Shown piece by piece: positions 31,501-40,572 of a stretch of DNA of 64,000 nt; the stretch's first letter is position 1, and the number at the start of each line of letters is the position of its first letter. Below the pieces are notes generated by a model. It was given only the letters and a program-made list of their open reading frames with translations, made no database searches and was not told the origin of the DNA. The stretch is taken from assembly GCA_963848965.1 (NCBI GenBank), contig CAWKFG010000004.1:736001-800000 (forward strand), written 5' to 3'. The translations under genes were made by a program, and so were the position numbers. This DNA comes from an uncultured bacterium (GTDB taxonomy: Bacteria > Babelota > Babeliae > Babelales > Babelaceae).

Positions 31501-31954
31501 CATTCGAGATATCGTTGCAGAAGACGAGACAAAAGTACCACTTCTTGGTGACATTCCTGGAATAGGATGGCTCTTTAAATCAAAATCTAAATCTGTAACG
31601 AGAACGAGCCTTCTCATTCTTATATCTCCCGAGATTATTAAGCCACTTGAGCCTGAAGTTGCACAACGGTATACCTATACCAAAATCAATGATGCAAAAC
31701 AGACGCTTTATGAAATGCGTAATAAAACGAATCTTCGTGATCCAATTCACCGTTGGTTCTTTAATGAACATAAAGAGAAAGAAGCAAGTGCTATCGATAA
31801 GTTTGTAAGTATTCAACAGCGCTATGTCGATGAGAGCCAAAAACAGGCTGCTCGTGTTGTAGCTGTTAATGACCAAAAACAGGCACAGCCTAAAAAGGAT
31901 AGCCTTCTTGACTTTATCGATTCCCATACACCGCACGAGGGAGTAAAAACATGA
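28526..31954 (+). CDS. gspD: Secretin GspD-like #1 with about 330-aa Thr/Ala/Pro-rich N-terminal extension
   Basis: N-domain repeats (EPRTNSLIV, GNRLII), LDVEQPQVAIKVLI, VGGLI...KVPLLGDIPGIGWLFKS. Confidence 0.88.
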   Translation: MKTNKKSIFLVLLAPFLSAGFLLRAQAPDARKKQAQAAQTAAAVKKQQATAPAAPQPSAPAPSTTVTTTVTQPAKPPTAPTTTAVTTTQTAATAPTPADTKTKAATDGTSTVTTTQVTTDTTPTDAKAKAADEAPAVTTTTQITATTPADKAKIDAATAATPVAVTTTQTVDTASTDKAKADAAALGAPPAEALPVPSVPPTEAVPPVSTALEPVTGPTAPVTATAQTVTVPLVVPAAPISAAELATVPPIAPAPVITPTQAVTVPPVVPAAPIPAAEPAVVPPAPAPVIIPTQAAQAPAEKVKAEIAALPAPVPAGPRTPVTITPKEAETGITPVRRRAGRRRRPAISIIDTPKTPEEKRVIEQALAVPETGIIEEQKKEADVSLKKLKAAGEVFLSQYTAPWQGFDTQETVEMNFENKELSALLKFLEDNLNITFILDDYIEPQRVDGTQPLAGTKISFRSNVPLTLRQVWELGTTFLEMAGFSIIPTTLPRTYRVTLSASKDKPSANREPLPTFIGTQPDILPDSDLKIRYVYFAENAELTTISQIVEALKSGSAGPLIEFPQLRAVMITDKSANIKSLVQILQEIDRVTLPETLAIIRLKHTDARNVRELYYKLIGKDPQNPVFNPFGRQRKLTTTQYFSEATRVFEEPRTNSLIVLGTRENIKRFEDFVVKQIDRTLDLPFSPLHIIQLRYIDAASIAKILNDVIQKFNADPANAAAAAVGGVRDFNKFFRPSVRITEEPSGNRLIINADYDEYLKLRKIIEDLDVEQPQVAIKVLILNVDLTDDKEFGTQLRNSIQCCDGTGGTTSILGPNINFQSAQLGPVITRDTAGTPPQPVNGAERLLGNLINLASSSQIGSTLVTLGKDIFGFWGLFRALERLTRVSVVANPFLVTTHKYKAEVKVGEIRRVETAIVQGQTATEATGDLEASLRVVITPQISYDDMVTLTIYIELSQFSGEDLGLGPTRFVRKVSTEALLANREVLAVGGLIRDIVAEDETKVPLLGDIPGIGWLFKSKSKSVTRTSLLILISPEIIKPLEPEVAQRYTYTKINDAKQTLYEMRNKTNLRDPIHRWFFNEHKEKEASAIDKFVSIQQRYVDESQKQAARVVAVNDQKQAQPKKDSLLDFIDSHTPHEGVKT
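28790..29410 (+). repeat. Degenerate coding tandem repeats in the secretin N-terminal extension
   Basis: Four units of about 25 aa (D.K.K.AA...VTTTQ) and two longer units TVP.VVPAAPI.AAE...PAPVI.PTQA. Confidence 0.7.
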
Positions 31955-33564
31955 TAAGAAACATATTTATTCCTGAGAAAATTGGTTCTTATTACCTTTT
32001 TTCAAAGCGTATTGTAGGAATCGATATAGGACTTACAGAAATTTATGCTACTGTATCTCTTGCTAAAGGTTCTACCCGTACTATCGAACGACTTATTGAA
32101 GAGCGTATTGAAGCGGAAGGGACTCATCAAGAGCGACTCACGAAAGCATTACGTACGCTTCATAGCAAATTAGGCTCTTATGATGCTCTTTATGCTGCAC
32201 TGCCAAGTTCACTCGTGGTTTTTAAAGAGCTTACACTTCCTTTTGTAGGACTTAAGAAGATTAAGCTTGTCGTCCCTTTTGAAGCAGAATCGTTATTACC
32301 GTTTACACTCGATCAAGCTGTTATTGATGCTATTGCTACAAAAGAAGATCGAAAAAACAAAACGACAGATGTGCTTGTTGCCGCTGTAAAAAGAGACTAT
32401 CTTACAGAGTATTTGCAACCGTTTGAAGCTGCAGGAATACGTGTAGATAAAGTTACTATCGATATGTTTGAACTTTATGGATTTTACCAATCGATTCCTA
32501 CTTATAAAACGGATACACATACTGTTGCACTTGTTGATCTTGGATTCTATACAACTCGTATTGCTCTTATAACAGATGGACAGTTAAAATATATTCGCTC
32601 AATAGCTAAAGGGTTGGTCACCGTTGCCAAAAAGATAAGCCTTAAACAAAAAACAGATCCAGCAGAAAGTCTTGAAACTCTCATGAGATTTGGTGGCCTT
32701 GAAGATTCTGAACATGCATCATATACAAAAGAAGTATTAGATGAACTTTTACAAGATGTTAAGCTCACTATCCTTTCTTACACTAAGCGACTTAAGCCAG
32801 CAGAAGATCTCCATCAGGTAATTATTACAGGAGCTGGTGCGGATGTTCCTGGTATTATAGGGCTTGTTTCTACTACCATAGGTGTTGGAAGTAAAATACT
32901 ACAAGCAAAAAAGATGGTTCATAATGGTAAAATACAAAGTAAGATAAAAACTATTCCTAACAGCTTTTTAGTAAGTATTGCTACAGCCCTTTCATCACCT
33001 ATAACAGAAGAGTTCAACTTACAACAAGCTCAAGCGCAAGAACGAGAAGATACTGCTTTATATTACCAGCTTATAGCACTTTCTTCACTTGTACTCTTTT
33101 TACTTGGATCATTCTCATTTTATAGCTATTTAAGAACACGTAATTTACGTAATGCCCAGAAAGTAGGCGAAACAGAAGCTATTGAAGAACTTAAGCGAGT
33201 CTTTAAACTTAAACCAAATCAAACAACTACATTAGAAGCTGCTAATAAAGCAGCAACGAATGATTTAAGAAAACAAGAAACTGCTTGGCAACGTCTTTCT
33301 AGTGAAAATAGATATTCGCTCTTGCGGTATCTCACTGAGCTTAGTAAATGTATAGATATTAAAGAGAGTCAACTCTCGCTTACAAGTGTTAATATAAAAG
33401 AAGATACTGTAAGAATTTATGGCTCTGTACCTGGTTATGAACAACTTACTAAACTGCAAAATCAGCTTGAGTGCCCTTTATTTAGAAAAATTCCTAAATT
33501 ACAAGATTTAAACTTCAAATCTGAGCCTATTACCCTCACTATTAACAGAGAGCAGGAGACATAA
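31951..33564 (+). CDS. gspL: GspL-like (PilM actin-like domain, TM, periplasmic domain)
   Basis: IVGIDIG, EAESLLPF, VLVAAVKR, ALVDLG..TT, single TM near the C-terminal third; operon position. Confidence 0.75.
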   Translation: MIRNIFIPEKIGSYYLFSKRIVGIDIGLTEIYATVSLAKGSTRTIERLIEERIEAEGTHQERLTKALRTLHSKLGSYDALYAALPSSLVVFKELTLPFVGLKKIKLVVPFEAESLLPFTLDQAVIDAIATKEDRKNKTTDVLVAAVKRDYLTEYLQPFEAAGIRVDKVTIDMFELYGFYQSIPTYKTDTHTVALVDLGFYTTRIALITDGQLKYIRSIAKGLVTVAKKISLKQKTDPAESLETLMRFGGLEDSEHASYTKEVLDELLQDVKLTILSYTKRLKPAEDLHQVIITGAGADVPGIIGLVSTTIGVGSKILQAKKMVHNGKIQSKIKTIPNSFLVSIATALSSPITEEFNLQQAQAQEREDTALYYQLIALSSLVLFLLGSFSFYSYLRTRNLRNAQKVGETEAIEELKRVFKLKPNQTTTLEAANKAATNDLRKQETAWQRLSSENRYSLLRYLTELSKCIDIKESQLSLTSVNIKEDTVRIYGSVPGYEQLTKLQNQLECPLFRKIPKLQDLNFKSEPITLTINREQET

Positions 33565-34118
33565 TGGCACTACTTACTCGTATAAGAGAGTTTATTAAAG
33601 GTTTAGATGAACGCGATCTCTATCTCTATATGGGAGGTTTTTTTGGAGCATTTCTATTGCTGTTTGGGCTTATTGTATATTTTCATTATAGTAGAATCAG
33701 TCGTTATACAGCAGACCTTAAAAGGCTTGATACGCAACGAACACAAACAAGAAAAATTCTTACAAACTATAAAACAGTAAATTTACAGCAAGCTCGTGTA
33801 GAGGAGATACTTGCAGAAAACAAAAATTTTCGTATTGGCGAAGCATATCAGAGTATTGTTAACAAAGTGAGGCTTGGTACTCATCAACAAGATCAGCCTA
33901 CGCCTACTACAGGTGAAACAGTAAGTGGCAAAACAGAGGTCTTACTTCACACTCATTTAGATCGTATAAGCATGAAGCAACTTACTGATCTTCTTTCAGA
34001 GATTGCAAATGTTACACAAATGTATCCAAAAGAGCTTGTAATTAAAAAAACGCCCAATGCACAAGCTGTGGACGTTGATTTAACTATTGCCACACTTGAG
34101 CCTGCAGCAGCTGAATAA
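33564..34118 (+). CDS. gspM: GspM-like inner-membrane platform protein
   Basis: LDERD motif before a single TM, coiled coil, ferredoxin-like C-terminus (QLTDLLSEI); follows gspL. Confidence 0.65.
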   Translation: MALLTRIREFIKGLDERDLYLYMGGFFGAFLLLFGLIVYFHYSRISRYTADLKRLDTQRTQTRKILTNYKTVNLQQARVEEILAENKNFRIGEAYQSIVNKVRLGTHQQDQPTPTTGETVSGKTEVLLHTHLDRISMKQLTDLLSEIANVTQMYPKELVIKKTPNAQAVDVDLTIATLEPAAAE

Positions 34119-34127
34119 GGGGATTCT

Positions 34128-36575
34128 ATGCTACACATTTTTTCTTACCTATGCATGCTTGTCTGGGCATTTTCAACAGGCATCATAGTTTCTAAAAGCC
34201 CTGTTTCTCCGGTTACTCCTCAAGATGTAACTGCAGTTTCAGCAGGATTAAAGAGCCCTGCAGAGCAAGAGAATTTTAAAAAAGGACAAGAGCTTATCCC
34301 ATTTTCATTTGAAAAAAGGAATCTTGTTGATATTATCGATTTTCTGGCAAGTAAAAAGAACATAAACGTTATTTTGCCTCAACCTGCAGCAGATGCTGAA
34401 GCTATTAGAAAGCAAACAATAACGTTCCAGCCAGAAGGAAGGACTACGCTTCCTCTCGATGAAGCATGGAGCCTTCTTACTATGTTTCTTGAACTTTCTG
34501 GCTTTAGCCTTGTACCCAAGCGTTCTAACCTCTATGCTATTGTACGCACAGGAAGACCAGAAGAAGCTGGCATAAGCAGAGAAACACTGCCTTTGTATGT
34601 AGGAACTGCTCCAGAGCAGCTTCCAAAATCTGAGCAACGTATTCGCTATATTTACTATCTTCGCAATTTAAAAACACCTGGCACTGATGATAGAGATACT
34701 AACCCATTAGCACGAATTTTTAGGGATATGCTTTCTCCAGGAGCACCTGTTATACCAGAACCAAAATCTAATGGTTTTATTATCGTAGATAGAGCAGACA
34801 TTATTACCTCTGTCATGAAAATTATCTCTGAGCTGGATGCAACCGGTTTTCGAGAAACAATTGCTGTTATTCCTATTCACAATTTACCTGCACGCGATAT
34901 CGTAAGAGTTTTTGAATCATTACGAAAAGCTGCAGGCCAAGATGGAACTCAACCACCACCTTTCATTCGTAGTGACAGCAAAGGAGATGTTTCTTATTTT
35001 GCAGCAGATACTAAAATAATTTCAGATGATAGAACAAATGCTCTTATTCTCATGGGTCGCGAAACAGCAGTTGAGCGTATTAGCGATTTTGTACATGAAT
35101 TTATGGATGTACCACAAGAATCAGGACAATCAATCTTACATACCTACGACTTACAGTACCTCGATGCACAAACATTTGCTGGTGTATTACAAAATATAGT
35201 AAGTCCAGCTGCTGCAGGAACACAAGCAACTCAAGGTCCTATAACAGGACCAGAACGATCATTTCAAGGTGTCGTTGTAGCTGCAGAAGAGGTAAAAACA
35301 GTTGATATAAAAACAACAACAGAAGAAGTTACCGTAGAACAACGGGGTGATTTTGCACCGACAGGTATTGAAGGAAAAATATTTACTGGAGGAAACAGAC
35401 TTATTGTAGCTGCAATACAAGATGATTGGATTCATATTAAAGATCTTATTGAAACGCTTGATAAGCCACAGCCTCAAGTAATACTTGAAGTGATGATTGT
35501 AGACTTTAGAACTCGTAGAGATAAACTTATTGCAAGTACGATACGAAATAGAACTGATTCAACAATTTTACCAAATGCAGGAGTACAGTTTTTAGCATCA
35601 CACATTTCTGATCCTGTAAACGTCTTGGCAAATCCACCAACACGGCTTGCAGAAGATCTTCTTACGCTTACTGGAGGACCTGATGCAGTTCCTCGGCCTG
35701 TGACAACACTACTTGCAGAAGGGTCACTCATTATTTCATTTAATGATCCTCGCACTCCTGGTATTTCTGCGTTACTGCAGGTTTTTGATGAGCAAGTAGA
35801 CTCTAAGATTCTTTCTCATCCTTATCTAGTAACTACGAATAACCAGAAAGCTACTATCACTTCCCAAATACTTAAAAGGGACCGCGGTGATGCAGTTCCT
35901 GGAGCAGCAGGTGTTACTACTGTTGAAATCGTTGACGTACCTGCAACGATTCAGGTGCAGATGATTCCACGACTCAGCTCACTTGAACGGTTAGGATTAC
36001 AAATAGCTGTTGATATTAACGAGTTTGTTGCTGTAGGAAGTTTTGACCGCATTACCAGACGTGTGAATGTCAATACCAATTTAGGAACTGGACAAGTTCT
36101 TATTATTGGGGGGCTTACACGAATTGATACAAGCGATCTTGTAACAGAAACTCCGTTTTTCTCAAAGATTCCTCTTATTGGTAATCTCTTTAAGAGAACA
36201 AGCAAGATAACAGTAAAATCTAATATTGCAATTTTCATTGCTCCTACTATTGTACAGCCACGGTTGCGTGCAGGTCTTACTCTCTATACTACTGATAAGA
36301 TACGTAAAGGAAGACGCGATGTTGCTGATGAGAATATTTTCACTAATATGCGCGATCCGATTACCTACCTTTACTTTAGACCAGGACCAAAATCGGATCA
36401 TATTATAGAACAATATCTTTCACATGTTGCAAATCCTCCTGATGCAGAACTTATTAAAACAACGCGTGAGAAAAGACGAGAAAGACGGCGACCTATAAGA
36501 CCACGGCCGTCTACAAAAACACAGCCAGTAGCACTACCACCAGCAGAACCAACAGTTGCTGAAGTGCCTGCATAG
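34128..36575 (+). CDS. gspD: Secretin GspD-like #2
   Basis: DDRTNALI, LDKPQPQVILEVMI, GQVLIIGGL...TPFFSKIPLIGNLFK. Confidence 0.85.
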   Translation: MLHIFSYLCMLVWAFSTGIIVSKSPVSPVTPQDVTAVSAGLKSPAEQENFKKGQELIPFSFEKRNLVDIIDFLASKKNINVILPQPAADAEAIRKQTITFQPEGRTTLPLDEAWSLLTMFLELSGFSLVPKRSNLYAIVRTGRPEEAGISRETLPLYVGTAPEQLPKSEQRIRYIYYLRNLKTPGTDDRDTNPLARIFRDMLSPGAPVIPEPKSNGFIIVDRADIITSVMKIISELDATGFRETIAVIPIHNLPARDIVRVFESLRKAAGQDGTQPPPFIRSDSKGDVSYFAADTKIISDDRTNALILMGRETAVERISDFVHEFMDVPQESGQSILHTYDLQYLDAQTFAGVLQNIVSPAAAGTQATQGPITGPERSFQGVVVAAEEVKTVDIKTTTEEVTVEQRGDFAPTGIEGKIFTGGNRLIVAAIQDDWIHIKDLIETLDKPQPQVILEVMIVDFRTRRDKLIASTIRNRTDSTILPNAGVQFLASHISDPVNVLANPPTRLAEDLLTLTGGPDAVPRPVTTLLAEGSLIISFNDPRTPGISALLQVFDEQVDSKILSHPYLVTTNNQKATITSQILKRDRGDAVPGAAGVTTVEIVDVPATIQVQMIPRLSSLERLGLQIAVDINEFVAVGSFDRITRRVNVNTNLGTGQVLIIGGLTRIDTSDLVTETPFFSKIPLIGNLFKRTSKITVKSNIAIFIAPTIVQPRLRAGLTLYTTDKIRKGRRDVADENIFTNMRDPITYLYFRPGPKSDHIIEQYLSHVANPPDAELIKTTREKRRERRRPIRPRPSTKTQPVALPPAEPTVAEVPA

Positions 36576-36629
36576 CGTATACTAAAGATACTTGTGGTGA
36601 AGGAGTAGACACCTTCACCACCAACTTTC

Positions 36630-38999
36630 ATGCAAGACCGGGTGACTATTATGCGTATTCTTCTTTTATCTCTGTGCTTTGTGGGTACTCTTTACCCAGT
36701 TGTACAAAATGAAGAGCGCGTTCCGTTTTCATTTCAAAAAAGAAATCTTGTTGATATTATCGACTTTTTGGCAAGCAAAAAGAGCGTAAATATTATTTTG
36801 CCTCAACCTGCCTCTGATGCTGAAGCTCTTAGAAAACAAGTAGTAACGTTCCAACCGCAAGGAATGACTACGCTCCCTATACATGAAGCATGGAGCTTAC
36901 TTACGATGTTCTTAGAGCTCTCTGGTTTTGGCTTGGTACCTAAGCGTTCCAATCTTTTTGCTATCGTACGTACTGGCAAACCGGATGAGGCTGGCATAAG
37001 TAGAGAAACATTACCTTTGTATGTAAATACACCTTCTCATGAGCTCCCTCGCTCTGAGCAACGTATTCGTTATATCTACTACTTACGAAATATTAAAATA
37101 CCTATCGGAGAAACACGAGAAAATCATCCGCTTACTAAGATTTTTAAAGATATGCTATCACCTGGCGCTCCTGTTATTTTTGAACCAAAATCTAACGGTT
37201 TTATTATTGTTGATAGAGCAGATAAAGTTGCTTCTTTGGCGCATCTTATAAAGCATCTTGATGAAACAGGATTTCGCGAAGCAATTGAAATATTACCTCT
37301 TGCAGCAGTACCTGTGCAAGATGTAGTACGAGTATTTGATGCATTAAAGAAAGCCTCCGGAGAGCCCGAACAAGCTCCTTTTCCTTTTATTCGACGAGAA
37401 TCACGTCAAGATATTTCGCGTTTTGCAGCCGATACTGTCATAGCAGGTGACGAGAGAACCAACTCTCTTATTCTTATAGGAAGAAGAAATAATATCGAAC
37501 GTATTAGTGAGTTTGTACGTGAATACATGGACGTTTCTCAAGAATCTGGAAAATCAATTTTGCATGTGTATGATTTACAATATCTTGATGCACAAGCATT
37601 TGCACCAGTTTTACAAAATCTTGTCAGCTATCAAGCAAGTGATACACAAGCAACACAAGTTCCAACTACCGGCCCTGAACGGTTCTTGAGGGGTGTACAA
37701 GTAATAGCTGAAGCAGTTATAGAAGTAAAACCAGAGTTTAGAACTGAAGAAGTTACCATAGAAACAAAAACAGCAGATGAAACTCTAGGAATTGAAGGAA
37801 CTATTAGAACCGGCGGCAACCGCCTTATTGTCGCAGCCTTACATGATGACTGGCTCATTATTAAAGATATGATAGAAAAACTTGATAAGCCGCAACCTCA
37901 GGTTATTCTTGAAGTGCTTATTGCAGATTTTAGTTATACTCGTACAGATCGCATTCGCTCTACCGTACGAATTAAAACTGACTCTCTGCTTACACAAGAA
38001 GGTATCCAATTTTTAGCGTCACACATTACTCCAGTAAACGCAGTCTTAGGCACTACACCTACACAGCTTGCTCAAGATCTTTTAGCAATAGTAGGGCCTA
38101 CCAGCCTGCCTGCACGAACAGACAGGGGATCAGTCCTTTTTTCATTTAACGATCCTCAAACGCCTGGTATCTTTGGATTAATAGAGCTTTTTAAACGACT
38201 TTTAAAAACTAAAATTACTTCTCATCCTTATCTGCTTACTTCTAACAATCAAAAAGGTATCGTTGAAGCTCAAGAGATTCGACGTTTTAGAGGAGACCTT
38301 ATTACTTCAACAGAAGGAACATTTACTATTCCTATAGAAGACGTTACTGCAACACTGACGGTAGAAGTAACTCCTCATATTGCATATACAGATCGAACAC
38401 GCCTTGATATTAAATTTACTGATATCCAGTTTGTTAATAGAGCTCAACTTACAAGACTTACACGAGAACTGCAGACGACTGCAACGCTTTCCTCTGGACA
38501 AATATTGGCAATGGGCGGCATTATACGCGACGACATTATTGACACTGTTACTGCAACACCATTGCTTTCACGTATTCCATTAATCGGTCAGCTTTTCAGA
38601 GGAAATTCGGCAGAGCATACACAGGTTGCTATTGTACTTTTTGTATCTCCTACTATTATTCAACCTGCTTTCAACAAAGCAGCAACTAGTTTTACTCAAG
38701 GAAAAATTGCCCAAGTAAATCGAGATCTGAGTGACCGTATGATAGATTGTAATAAAGATCCTATAACACATATCTTTTTCAAGCGCCAAACACCAGATAG
38801 TTTAGTGCATGACTATCTTGATAAAAGCGCTAATCTTTCCTCTGATCTATCAAAACAGATTCTTCAGTCAAAGCCGCTACCCCGTTTACCAGAGCCAGAA
38901 CCACTTCAGTTTGAGAAACTAAAAGAGCTTCTTGCATGTGAAGATAGTACCTTCTTACGAGTCAAGGAGACTCAAAGTAAGAGAATCTTCAATAGCTAG
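36630..38999 (+). CDS. gspD: Secretin GspD-like #3, close paralog of #2
   Basis: DERTNSLI, LDKPQPQVILEVLI, TPLLSRIPLIGQLFR; long identical stretches with #2 (KRNLVDIIDFLASKK). The true start may be 36651. Confidence 0.85.
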   Translation: MQDRVTIMRILLLSLCFVGTLYPVVQNEERVPFSFQKRNLVDIIDFLASKKSVNIILPQPASDAEALRKQVVTFQPQGMTTLPIHEAWSLLTMFLELSGFGLVPKRSNLFAIVRTGKPDEAGISRETLPLYVNTPSHELPRSEQRIRYIYYLRNIKIPIGETRENHPLTKIFKDMLSPGAPVIFEPKSNGFIIVDRADKVASLAHLIKHLDETGFREAIEILPLAAVPVQDVVRVFDALKKASGEPEQAPFPFIRRESRQDISRFAADTVIAGDERTNSLILIGRRNNIERISEFVREYMDVSQESGKSILHVYDLQYLDAQAFAPVLQNLVSYQASDTQATQVPTTGPERFLRGVQVIAEAVIEVKPEFRTEEVTIETKTADETLGIEGTIRTGGNRLIVAALHDDWLIIKDMIEKLDKPQPQVILEVLIADFSYTRTDRIRSTVRIKTDSLLTQEGIQFLASHITPVNAVLGTTPTQLAQDLLAIVGPTSLPARTDRGSVLFSFNDPQTPGIFGLIELFKRLLKTKITSHPYLLTSNNQKGIVEAQEIRRFRGDLITSTEGTFTIPIEDVTATLTVEVTPHIAYTDRTRLDIKFTDIQFVNRAQLTRLTRELQTTATLSSGQILAMGGIIRDDIIDTVTATPLLSRIPLIGQLFRGNSAEHTQVAIVLFVSPTIIQPAFNKAATSFTQGKIAQVNRDLSDRMIDCNKDPITHIFFKRQTPDSLVHDYLDKSANLSSDLSKQILQSKPLPRLPEPEPLQFEKLKELLACEDSTFLRVKETQSKRIFNS

Positions 39000-40211
39000 C
39001 AATCTATTATATTTAGCAAGTCGTTCACCACGAGCACAACTACCTGCTTTTATCTGACCAACACTTGCTCCTACTGCTAAATCAGCTATAAAATTCTCAT
39101 CTGTTTCACCAGAGCGATGTGAGACTATAGTGTTAAGTCCCTGGCTTTTGCAAAAATGAACAGCTTGAAGGCTTTCAGTAATAGTTCCTATTTGGTTAGG
39201 TTTAATAACCACCGATGTTGCTGCTTGTTCCTGAAGCCCTACAGCTATTCTATAAAGATTTGTTGCAAAGAGATCGTCTCCTACTATTTGAGCTTTAGAG
39301 CCCAGTTGCTGCGTCATTTTAGACCAGCCTTGCCAATCATCTTGGCTTAATCCGTCTTCAATAGAATAAATAGGATAGCGTTCAATAAGATCTGCATAGA
39401 GTTCAATCATCTCATCGCTTGTAAGGTGCTTACCGTGCCACACATATAATCCACTTTCGCTTTCATAGAATTGAGAAGCTGCTACATCAAGAGCTATAAC
39501 ACAGCTGAGCGTATTATGTTCACCTGCTCTATTAATCGCTTCAAGTAAATAGTCTAATGCTTCATAATCATTTTCAAATGCAGATGCAAATCCTCCTTCA
39601 TCGCCAACAGCTACTGATTTGCCATTCTGTTTTAAAATACTCTTGAGTTCATGATATACCATCACACCTGCCTCAAAAGCTGCACGGAAATTAGGGGCTC
39701 CTACAGGAACAACAAGAAATTCTTGTATACGTAAAGTATTATTTCCATGGATACCACCATTAATAACATTAAGCAGAGGATAAGGAATACTTACGGTATC
39801 TGCATCCATTAAAACAGCAACAAGTTCGTAAAGTTCCATGTTTTCAACAAGAGCTTCTGCTTTATACACTGCCATACTTACTGCAAGTAGAGCATTTGCT
39901 CCTAATTTGGACTTATCAGGAGTTCCATCAAGCTCAATAATTTTAAGATCCATTTCTATACCGTTAGGCTCATGACCAATAAGAATAGGCGCAATAATAT
40001 GTTCAATATTCTCGACAGCTTTGCGTACCCCTTGACCATAGAGTCTGCTACCACCATCTCTCAATTCTACTGCTTCATAGGCACTAGTAGAGATTCCTGC
40101 AGGAACAGATGCAAGCACAGAACGGCCATTATCGAGCACAATCTCGCATTGTACTGTTGGCCATCCCCGAGAATCAAAAATTTCACGAGCTACTATATGC
40201 GCAATTTTCAT
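38955..40211 (-). CDS. eno: Enolase
   Basis: REIFDSRG.PTV, KLGANA, GDEGGF, LDVAAS, SIEDG, VGDDLF, KPNQIGT, SHRSGET, ERLAKYNRLL; start reassigned to MKIAHI. Confidence 0.95.
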   Translation of the reverse strand: MKIAHIVAREIFDSRGWPTVQCEIVLDNGRSVLASVPAGISTSAYEAVELRDGGSRLYGQGVRKAVENIEHIIAPILIGHEPNGIEMDLKIIELDGTPDKSKLGANALLAVSMAVYKAEALVENMELYELVAVLMDADTVSIPYPLLNVINGGIHGNNTLRIQEFLVVPVGAPNFRAAFEAGVMVYHELKSILKQNGKSVAVGDEGGFASAFENDYEALDYLLEAINRAGEHNTLSCVIALDVAASQFYESESGLYVWHGKHLTSDEMIELYADLIERYPIYSIEDGLSQDDWQGWSKMTQQLGSKAQIVGDDLFATNLYRIAVGLQEQAATSVVIKPNQIGTITESLQAVHFCKSQGLNTIVSHRSGETDENFIADLAVGASVGQIKAGSCARGERLAKYNRLLAIEDSLTLSLLDS

Positions 40212-40309
40212 TTTTATCTCCATATTCAAAACAAAATTCTTGACCCTCTTTATACCTTCCCTCCATACTAACATAAAACGGGTATCACTATTTTTTAAAG
40301 GGTTTAGCT

Positions 40310-40513
40310 ATGATGCTTGATAACACAACGTATGATAAAATTAAACTGATTTATAAGATGAGCGATCTAGCTTGGTTTATTGAAAAGCATGCTCTTATAG
40401 ATGCACGCAATTCAGGTGATCAAGAGTGCATTGACGCGCTTGCGGCAATACAAAGAGATTTACATAAACATATAGAAAAGTTACAAAAGGGTATGTGTAT
40501 CATTTCGCAATAA
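40310..40513 (+). CDS. Small helical hypothetical protein
   Basis: 67-aa ORF with a plausible RBS in an intergenic gap; two amphipathic helices. Confidence 0.6.
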   Translation: MMLDNTTYDKIKLIYKMSDLAWFIEKHALIDARNSGDQECIDALAAIQRDLHKHIEKLQKGMCIISQ

Positions 40514-40572
40514 AGAAAGCATAGTGAGGGTAGGCAGTAACGAACAGATGGCAATAATTTCCATAGTTTCAG

